From NCBI GenBank assembly GCA_964622835.1, contig CAZUSA010000001.1, positions 159,468-223,467 on the forward strand: DNA of 64,000 nucleotides, in the 5' to 3' direction. Below, piece by piece: positions 57,414 to 64,000 of this stretch. The position numbers and the translations under genes are program-made. Numbering within the stretch: position 1 is the stretch's first letter; each line of letters opens with the position of its first letter. The notes under the pieces were generated by a model. That model saw only the letters and a list, made by a program, of their open reading frames with translations. It did not search any database and was not told where the DNA came from. The DNA comes from Candidatus Woesearchaeota archaeon. GTDB lineage: Archaea; Nanobdellota; Nanobdellia; SCGC-AAA011-G17; UBA489.

Positions 57414-57428
57414 TGACTTATAAACCTT
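57414..57428 (+). promoter_or_regulatory. TATA/BRE element gacttataaaccttt (identical to 262-276)
   Basis: Exact 15-mer repeat 50 bp upstream of ORF 57478. Confidence 0.4.
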
Positions 57429-57477
57429 TTGCGTAGTAAGAAAGGTATTTATAGCATGTTCACGTTAGTAAAAACAG

Positions 57478-57756
57478 ATGGAACTTGGCGGAAACATTAC
57501 ATTACAGGGATTTGATGCGGTTGATCCAGCGACGCTTATTGTTGTAAAGAAAATTGTTGGTAATTATACAAAGCGTTTAACGGAAAAACATGAGGATTTT
57601 ACAGGATTACATTTGGAATTAACACAGAAAGAAGGAAAACAGTTACAAATTTGTGCAAAATGTCAACGGACATCAGGGAATAATGAGACAAAACATGATG
57701 AAGATAATTTATTCTTTGCGTTAAGCGGTGCATTGGACGCTATTTTGGCATTATAA
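57478..57756 (+). CDS. Hypothetical small protein
   Basis: 92 aa with a single CAKC. Upstream of L21e. Not identified. Confidence 0.4.
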   Translation: MELGGNITLQGFDAVDPATLIVVKKIVGNYTKRLTEKHEDFTGLHLELTQKEGKQLQICAKCQRTSGNNETKHDEDNLFFALSGALDAILAL

Positions 57757-57817
57757 CGCTCCCAAACATTTATAAATCGACGGTGGGTTCTCGTCCCACG
57801 AGTGAGGAATATTTACT

Positions 57818-58108
57818 ATGGCTACACGTGTTGGGGGATTTAGAAGAAAAACGAGAAGTAAACTTCGTAAATCGCCAAAGGAAAAAGGAAAAATTAGTAT
57901 TCGCAAGTATTTTCAGGTCTTAAAACCAGATATGAAAGTATGTTTCAAAGCAGAACCTGCTGTTCAGAAAGGAATGTATTTTCCTCGTTTTCATGGGAAA
58001 ACAGGAACAGTGATTGGTAAGGAAGGAACGTGCTATCGTGTTGCGTTTAAAGATGGAAAGAAAGCAAAAATTATCATTGCACATCCTGTGCATTTGAAGA
58101 AGGTTTAA
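57818..58108 (+). CDS. rpl21e: Ribosomal protein L21e
   Basis: MATRVGGFRRKTRSKL...GKTGTV. Tttataaatcg element at 57769-57779. Confidence 0.85.
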   Translation: MATRVGGFRRKTRSKLRKSPKEKGKISIRKYFQVLKPDMKVCFKAEPAVQKGMYFPRFHGKTGTVIGKEGTCYRVAFKDGKKAKIIIAHPVHLKKV

Positions 58109-58111
58109 ACT

Positions 58112-58453
58112 ATGCCAGAAATTGAATTAAAGTCAGAAACACCGTTGACATACGCTGATGTTGCGGAAAAATTGAAGATTGTTAAGAAAAATAGAGACGA
58201 GGAAGAATTAGGCTTCCGTGCGAAGAAAGCTGAAGAATTTCTTGAAGCTATTGGAAAAGACCAGTTAAAAGGCCTTGCTGCCTTGAAAGAAAAGGTTAAA
58301 AGCTTGGAGATCCCTCGATTAAAAGAGCGCCAAGTAATTAATTTGGTTAATATTGAACCAACTGACGAAGACAGTGTTAAAGCAATATTGTCTAGCGATA
58401 ACATCACGCTCAAACAAGAAGACGTTAAACGTATCGTCGATTGTTTCGCCTAA
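58112..58453 (+). CDS. rpoF: RNA polymerase subunit F (Rpb4-like)
   Basis: 113-aa helical protein in the conserved L21e-rpoF-DUF655 arrangement. Confidence 0.65.
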   Translation: MPEIELKSETPLTYADVAEKLKIVKKNRDEEELGFRAKKAEEFLEAIGKDQLKGLAALKEKVKSLEIPRLKERQVINLVNIEPTDEDSVKAILSSDNITLKQEDVKRIVDCFA

Positions 58454-59031
58454 TAGAATGCAATACAAAAATGAATCCATCATCGCGGGAAGAAATCGCT
58501 ATAGTGTTAGACTTTCTTCCGAACGGGTATCCATCGGATACAAGACCTGCACATATGAAGACGGCAGTAGCGCAAGCCATTGGTTCTGAACATTTTATTT
58601 TATTAGAGTTAATTCCTAAGAAAGAAGTTTTCCTTAAACCTGAGCAAGAAGTGTATATGGGCGAAGGTAAACGCGACGAAATTCATCATATTGGTGGTCG
58701 TATTAATTTTTTTAAGTTAACACAGACAGCTCGTATGAATTTGGAAGATTTATTGAAGAAGTTAGTGCATAAGTATGAGGCTCGTTTTTTACAATTTTTT
58801 AATAATGCTGGTCCTATTAATGCTCGCCGTCATCAGTTAGAATTAATTCCTGGTATTGGGAAGAAGCATATGTGGGAGATTCTTGAACAACGTGAAGAAA
58901 AGCAGTTTGAGAGTTTTGAGGATATGCGTGCTCGTGTAAAATTGATGCCTGATCCTGAAAATGCGATTATGAAGCGTATTTTGCTTGAATTAAATGAAGA
59001 AGATAAGCATCGCTTGTTTATTGGCAATTAA
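58441..59031 (+). CDS. DUF655 RNA-binding protein (OB fold plus HhH)
   Basis: Conserved archaeal partner downstream of rpoF. HhH-like LIPGIGKKHMWEILEQR. Confidence 0.65.
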   Translation: MFRLIECNTKMNPSSREEIAIVLDFLPNGYPSDTRPAHMKTAVAQAIGSEHFILLELIPKKEVFLKPEQEVYMGEGKRDEIHHIGGRINFFKLTQTARMNLEDLLKKLVHKYEARFLQFFNNAGPINARRHQLELIPGIGKKHMWEILEQREEKQFESFEDMRARVKLMPDPENAIMKRILLELNEEDKHRLFIGN

Positions 59032-59098
59032 ACAGTCATCCTAGAGCAAATGACACCACAACCCTTTTAAATGGTTTTTGAGGTTCTCAAGCTGTAAA

Positions 59099-59548
59099 AT
59101 GGCACAAGAGATCAAGAACCTCATTCGTTTAGCGAATACTGATATCATGGGTGATACAACTATCGGATATGGTCTTGCGAAGGTCTATGGTGTTGGTTTA
59201 AGTTTTTCAAATGCTATCTGTCAAGTATTAGATTTAGAAAAAACAGCACCGATTGGTTCATTGGATGAAGCGCGTGTTAAAGAAATTGAAGGTGTTATTG
59301 CTGATCCTGCAAGTAAAGGTATTCCTGAGTGGATGCGTAATCGTAGAAGCGATCATGACACCGGCGAAGATATTCACATTACTGGTCCTAAGTTAAAGTT
59401 AACAAAAGAATTTGATTTACGTCGTATGAAGAAGATTAAGTCCTATCGTGGCGTTCGTCATATGTTTGGTTTACCTGTTCGTGGCCAACGTACCAAGGGT
59501 AATTTCCGTAAGGGTAAAAGTGTTGGAGTTGTAAAGAAGAAGAAATAA
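59099..59548 (+). CDS. rps13: Ribosomal protein S13 (uS13)
   Basis: MAQEIKNLIRLANTDIMGDTTIGYGLAKVYGVGLSFS. The ORF track starts at 59078. Confidence 0.9.
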   Translation: MAQEIKNLIRLANTDIMGDTTIGYGLAKVYGVGLSFSNAICQVLDLEKTAPIGSLDEARVKEIEGVIADPASKGIPEWMRNRRSDHDTGEDIHITGPKLKLTKEFDLRRMKKIKSYRGVRHMFGLPVRGQRTKGNFRKGKSVGVVKKKK

Positions 59549-59549
59549 G

Positions 59550-60257
59550 ATGGGTACTGTTAGAAAGCCAAGGAAAAAGTACGAAGGTCCTAGTCACCCG
59601 TGGGAACGAGAACGTATTGATGAAGAAAAGATTTTAAGTAAGGAATATGGTTTAAAGAATAAGAAAGAAATTTGGAAGATTGCTTCGAAGTTACGTCGAT
59701 TAAAACAACAAGCAAAGAAGTTAATTGCAAGTGATTCTGAACAGGCAAAGATTGAAGAGAAATTATTGTTAGAACGGTTAGCACGTCTTGGTTTGGTTGG
59801 TGATGGTGCTGTTTTAGATGATATTTTAGAGATTAATATTCGTAAGTTACTTGATCGCCGATTACAATCTGTGATGGTGACGCGTGGTCTTGCTCGTACG
59901 AGTAGACAAGCTCGTCAAATGATTAGTCACGGTCATGTGATGATTAAAGGTCGTAAGACTGATATTCCTTCATGTTTAATGTTAGTCAGTGAAGAATCTG
60001 ATATTACGTATGCACCAAGTTCGGCGTTTACGGATAAGGAACATCCTGAGTTAACGATTACCAAGAAAGAGTTGAGAAAAAAGGTTGATGTAGTTGAGTC
60101 TCTTCCTGAGGAAAAACCGGTTGCAAAAGAAGATGCAAAAGTTGTTGAATCAAAAGAAGCTGGTAAAGAAGAAGTAAAAGAGGCTGGTAAAGAGGAAGCG
60201 ATCAAAGAAGAAACAAAAGAAGTTGCTAAAGAACAACCGAAAGAGGAATCAAAATGA
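59550..60257 (+). CDS. rps4: Ribosomal protein S4 (uS4) with Lys/Glu-rich C-terminal extension
   Basis: N-terminal [14 protein letters not shown]4 domain. 40-aa KE-rich tail. Confidence 0.85.
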   Translation: MGTVRKPRKKYEGPSHPWERERIDEEKILSKEYGLKNKKEIWKIASKLRRLKQQAKKLIASDSEQAKIEEKLLLERLARLGLVGDGAVLDDILEINIRKLLDRRLQSVMVTRGLARTSRQARQMISHGHVMIKGRKTDIPSCLMLVSEESDITYAPSSAFTDKEHPELTITKKELRKKVDVVESLPEEKPVAKEDAKVVESKEAGKEEVKEAGKEEAIKEETKEVAKEQPKEESK

Positions 60258-60652
60258 CTGAAGAAAAGATGAGATGGGGTGTTGCACATATTTACTCTAG
60301 CCATAATAATACTATTATTCATGTAACTGATATTACGGGTGCTGAAACTATTGCAAAAGCATCTGGTGGTATGGTTGTTAAAGCACATCGTTTAGAAAGT
60401 TCTCCTAATGCTGCGATGGCTGCTGCAAAACAAGTTGCAGAACAAGCGCGTGAAAAGGGCGTGCAAGGATTACATATTCGTATTCGTGCACCGGGTGGAC
60501 ATAATGGTCCTAATTCTCCTGGTCCTGGAGCGCAAGCTGCAGTGCGTGCATTGTCACGAAGTCGTATTCGTATTGGTGTGATTGAAGATGTCACGGGATT
60601 ACCAGCTGATGGATGTCGTAAGAAGCACGGTAAGCGTGGTCGGAGAGTATAG
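60254..60652 (+). CDS. rps11: Ribosomal protein S11 (uS11)
   Basis: [30 protein letters not shown]. Confidence 0.9.
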   Translation: MTEEKMRWGVAHIYSSHNNTIIHVTDITGAETIAKASGGMVVKAHRLESSPNAAMAAAKQVAEQAREKGVQGLHIRIRAPGGHNGPNSPGPGAQAAVRALSRSRIRIGVIEDVTGLPADGCRKKHGKRGRRV

Positions 60653-61429
60653 ATGGATATTAAGGTTTTGAAGAAGGATGAGAATAAGGTTACCTTTCAA
60701 TTGAAGGGTTCTAATCCTGCTATGGCGAATGCATTACGAAGATATATGCTTGCATACGTACCTACGATGGCTATTGATACTGTTGAGATTAAGAAGAATG
60801 GTTCTGCATTTTTTGATGAGATGCTTGCATTACGGTTAGGGTTAGTTCCATTAACAACGGATCTTAAGGGATACAAAATATGGGAAGGTGCTGATGAAGA
60901 TCGTCCAAAGACTGCTCAATATGAATTAAAAATGACAGTTAAGAAAGAAGGTCCGTGTATGGTGTATGCATCTGATATTACAAGTACTGATCCTAAGGTT
61001 GTTCCTGCATCTGAAAAAATTCCTGTAATGAAGTTGTTAGAAGGACAAGCTATTGAGATTATTGCAACAGCTCGTTTAGGTCGGGGTAAAGAACATGCAA
61101 AGTATAGTCCTGGTTTGGTTATTTACCGTGGTGTTCCTCAGTTAGAAGTAACCAAAGATGCTAATGTGAAAGTATGTATGGATGCGCTTGGTGATGTACT
61201 AGAAAAGAAGGGTACTGGTCTTGGTATCAAGGATATTACACGATGGAATGAGGCACATGAAGAAATGTGTGAAGCTAATGGTGTTGCTGTTACCTCAAGT
61301 AAAGAAGATTTTATGTTTACGATTGAATCATGGGGCCAATTACCTCCACGTGAGATTATGACGCAAGCGTTAACAATTTTTGAAACGAAGTTATCAGACT
61401 TTGAGTCTGGCATAAAGAAGTTGAAGTAG
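60653..61429 (+). CDS. rpoD: RNA polymerase subunit D (Rpb3 homolog)
   Basis: 258 aa. Conserved position after S11. Dimerisation-domain pattern. Confidence 0.8.
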   Translation: MDIKVLKKDENKVTFQLKGSNPAMANALRRYMLAYVPTMAIDTVEIKKNGSAFFDEMLALRLGLVPLTTDLKGYKIWEGADEDRPKTAQYELKMTVKKEGPCMVYASDITSTDPKVVPASEKIPVMKLLEGQAIEIIATARLGRGKEHAKYSPGLVIYRGVPQLEVTKDANVKVCMDALGDVLEKKGTGLGIKDITRWNEAHEEMCEANGVAVTSSKEDFMFTIESWGQLPPREIMTQALTIFETKLSDFESGIKKLK

Positions 61430-61493
61430 TTTAGTTCTCATACTTCCCATCCACTAACGAAAATAACTTATTGATATCTTATAATTTATTGCT

Positions 61494-62223
61494 GTGATTT
61501 CAAAGAACAATGCAACAGCAGAATTAGTGGGTTTAAGCTTCGGAGATGGTAGTTTAACGTATAGAAAGAATACGAAAAAATTACGATTCCAATTAAGAGG
61601 TGATGCAACTGAAGAAAGAAAACATTATACGGAGTTTATCATCCCGTTATTTAATAAAGAAATTATGAGACCTTTATTTTATAGAAATGTTGGAACAGTA
61701 TATGATAAAAAAAGGAAATTGTTTTGGCATTTCTGTAGAAAGTAAAAAAATTAATAATTTGCACCACACTCTTGGAATTCCAGTTGGTAAGAAAAATAAT
61801 CTAAAAATTCCTTTATGGATAAAAAATTCTGAAGAATACAAAAAATCCTTTTTGAGAGGGTTATTTGACACTGATGGGTGTATCTATTTTTTGAAAAACA
61901 CTTCTGAAAAAAATCCAAGAATTCACAAAAGAATTTGTCTTACAATAACACTCTGCTCAAAAAATATGATAAATAAAATTTCAGAAATTTTAAAGGGTTT
62001 AAATATCGGACATGATATCAAAGAATATCAACCAAAAAATAAAAATTGGCAAAAATCATATACTATACGGCTTTCTGGAGGAAAAAGAGTCATCCAGTGG
62101 TTTAATTGTATTAGTTCAAATAACCCTAAACATAAAACAAAATTTGAAGTATGGAAAAAACAAGGATTTTGCAGTCCCAAAACAACATTAAAACAAAGAG
62201 AAAGAATTTTAAAAAGGAATTAA
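61494..62223 (+). pseudogene. LAGLIDADG homing endonuclease gene interrupted by a frameshift at an A7 run (61707-61713)
   Basis: Frame-0 ORF 61494-61745 carries motif 1 (LVGLSFGDGSLTY). Frame-1 ORF 61687-62223 carries motif 2 (LRGLFDTDGCIYF). Removing one A joins ...VYDKK to GNCFGISVESKK in one about 243-aa ORF. Confidence 0.6.
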
Positions 62224-62240
62224 AACATTTCAACTATAAT

Positions 62241-62326
62241 GCGGGGGTCCGATAGCCTGGTCAATTCGCTATGGTTGAGGGCCATAGGGCTTAGTGCCTA
62301 CGTAGGTTCGAATCCTACCCTCCGCA
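62241..62326 (+). tRNA. tRNA-Leu (GAG), class II, no intron
   Basis: Acceptor GCGGGGG/CCTCCGC. D-arm CGA-TAGCCTGGTCAAT-TCG. Anticodon stem TATGG/CCATA, loop TTGAGGG. 15-nt variable arm. T-arm GTAGG-TTCGAAT-CCTAC. Confidence 0.8.
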
Positions 62327-62333
62327 TATTTAA

Positions 62334-63077
62334 TTATTCAGAAAAGAAGTTTTTCATTATGCTAATACCTTCACTAAAGTCATTATCAACACCCAGATTA
62401 TGTCCTGCACCTTTTATGATTTTTAGTTCGGCATTTAGAAATAAACCCACAACTTCTTCTGCAACATGATAATCTACTGAAAGATCCTTATCACCTTGTA
62501 TAATCATAATAGGCTGTTTAATTCGGGGTGCCTGTTCAAACATTGAATAGTCCTTTGCAGTTTCATAACAATTAAAATTAAAATATGTTTTTTCACCAGC
62601 CTTATTGAAATGAGGTATTCTTTTTTCCCTTTTACATTCCTCTATTTTTTCTCCAAGTTTCTTTTCAAGATGTTTTTGATAGTCTAACACTGGCGCTCTT
62701 AAGAATAATCGTTTAATTTCAGGGTGGTTTAATGCAGTTGCTAAAGCAACAATACCACCAAAGCTTGTTCCAAGTAAACTAATTTCTTTATATCCTTTAC
62801 TTTGCACAAATGTTATTGCTGCTTCGACTTGTTGAACATAATGGGGTATACTTACTTTGGTTTTAAAATCTAAATCTGATTCTCCTTGATTGTCCAAATC
62901 TATTCGCAAACTGTTTATGCCTATTTCATTCAGTTTTTCAGAGTTACTCTTGGCACTTGATTCTTTATTTGAGCTAAACCCATGAATGACTATTACAACT
63001 TCATTTTTAACTTCAACAGAGTGTAAAACTCCACAGATTTTCCCAAAATCACCTTCAAAAAAAACTTTTTCTTCCAT
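62334..63077 (-). CDS. Alpha/beta hydrolase (dienelactone hydrolase/esterase-like)
   Basis: Nucleophile elbow GTSFGG. HGFSSNKES oxyanion region. C-terminal His. Confidence 0.65.
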   Translation of the reverse strand: MEEKVFFEGDFGKICGVLHSVEVKNEVVIVIHGFSSNKESSAKSNSEKLNEIGINSLRIDLDNQGESDLDFKTKVSIPHYVQQVEAAITFVQSKGYKEISLLGTSFGGIVALATALNHPEIKRLFLRAPVLDYQKHLEKKLGEKIEECKREKRIPHFNKAGEKTYFNFNCYETAKDYSMFEQAPRIKQPIMIIQGDKDLSVDYHVAEEVVGLFLNAELKIIKGAGHNLGVDNDFSEGISIMKNFFSE

Positions 63078-63153
63078 AAGTTAAAAATATTTCCTATCTA
63101 TAAAAAGTTATTCAAACAACTACATTCCTCTTGTAAGGAGGCCGCACAATTAA

Positions 63154-63858
63154 TTATCGAATATTTTGCCAGTTCATACCTTCTTGCAGATGTTTGCATT
63201 TGATAGCGGTATCAAGATAAATCTCAAATCCTTTTTCTTTAACATCTTTACAAAACCAAATATCATCAAAAGGTTTTTTTCCTTGTTCTGCCCTAAAACG
63301 TATTCCTTTAAGAAAAACATCTTTGTGAATGAGCACACAGCCTAAGCCACAACTAGAAATAGGCATAAGTACATTTTCACGAACATCATCAAAGGTAAGG
63401 GGTTTGATTAAGTCTTTTGTTTTGTCAACAGAAACATTAGCCATGGCAAGAGTTTTTTTACGATTTTTCCCGTCAATAGTAAATTCCATGTGTTTGAAGT
63501 ACACACCAGAAATGACTTTTTTATCGTGGGCTAATAATTGTTCGATAACATCGGGGGGTGGAAGAACGTCTTGTTCTAAACTGAAGAAATAATCGTATTT
63601 TTCTGTGAGCATTTTTTCAACAAGAACATTTCGGGAGTCTGCAATTCTTTTTCGAACAGGTTCTGTATAGGGTACATGAATTATAGATAATCCAAGGGCT
63701 TTCATTGTTGTTGTATAGGTTTCATTTTGAGAATTGTCCACTAAAATGACATCAAAAGAAGGGTATGTTAATGCTTTCAAGGATGCTACAAATGCTTGCA
63801 AACAGTAGGATTTATGATCAGAGGTGGGGCATCCAACAAGGACTTTGGGATGAGACAT
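63154..63858 (-). CDS. Family 2 glycosyltransferase-like protein
   Basis: N-terminal VLVGCPTSD...DVILVDNSQNET and EQD acidic motif, typical of GT-A. Confidence 0.6.
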   Translation of the reverse strand: MSHPKVLVGCPTSDHKSYCLQAFVASLKALTYPSFDVILVDNSQNETYTTTMKALGLSIIHVPYTEPVRKRIADSRNVLVEKMLTEKYDYFFSLEQDVLPPPDVIEQLLAHDKKVISGVYFKHMEFTIDGKNRKKTLAMANVSVDKTKDLIKPLTFDDVRENVLMPISSCGLGCVLIHKDVFLKGIRFRAEQGKKPFDDIWFCKDVKEKGFEIYLDTAIKCKHLQEGMNWQNIR

Positions 63859-64000
63859 GATCTCCTTTAAGATGTACCATATAAAGAGGTATCGTTCATA
63901 CCATAACCTTTAAAAGCCCTTATTTCACAATGAGGTTACTCTGCGAGCGAAAGCGAACAGTGGAGAACTTTTTGTTCTCAACACTTTACAATGAAACGAA

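Noticed and set aside
1-64000. CRISPR arrays, rRNA genes, integrases/transposases, prophage modules
   Set aside because: No regularly spaced short direct repeats, no rRNA-like conserved stretches, and no recognisable recombinase or transposase motifs were seen.

Overview
The window is archaeal and AT-rich (about 37% GC), most consistent with a DPANN-type lineage. Archaeal markers are a split rpoB (B'' and B'), a split rpoA (A' and A''), rpoH, rpoF and rpoD, L30e and L21e, aEF-2 and aEF-1alpha, tRNA genes with BHB-type introns, a tRNA-Tyr with a C1:G72 pair, and class III (prepilin-like) signal peptides with the motif RGQAAMEFLMTYGWALLVV.

The core is the conserved operon rpoH-rpoB''-rpoB'-rpoA'-rpoA''-L30e-nusA-S12-S7-EF2-EF1alpha-S10 (20.6-40.0 kb). 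A second ribosomal/RNAP block (L21e-rpoF-DUF655-S13-S4-S11-rpoD) lies at 57.8-61.4 kb. Other housekeeping genes are hisS with its tRNA-His, scpA, ParA/MinD, an ABC transporter, RNase J-like, Mre11-Rad50, Tag glycosylase, archaeal DnaG, Elp3, a TrmB regulator and a Memo-family protein. There are six tRNA genes (His, Tyr with intron, Asp, Lys, one with an unresolved intron, Leu) and a likely SRP RNA.

The unusual content is a cell-surface repertoire. Four proteins carry the same prepilin-like N-terminus: a small pilin, two tandem pilin-LamG fusion paralogs that share a 603-bp identical segment, and a 932-aa cysteine-rich giant. Three proteins carry Myxococcus-type cysteine-rich repeats (CGNGxxExGExCDDG), and one of them has a glycoside-hydrolase-like barrel. 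These surface-protein genes, together with a Tat-signal HExxH protein, are inserted into the otherwise universal rpo-str-EF operon between S7/EF-2 and EF-2/EF-1alpha.

Other oddities are two free-standing LAGLIDADG homing-endonuclease genes, each ending immediately upstream of a tRNA gene (one frameshifted at an A7 run); a 103-aa Arg/Lys tandem-repeat protein; DnaG with an RS/RD-repeat insert; and a membrane-anchored wHTH regulator with an extracellular domain. No CRISPR array, rRNA or obvious provirus was seen.
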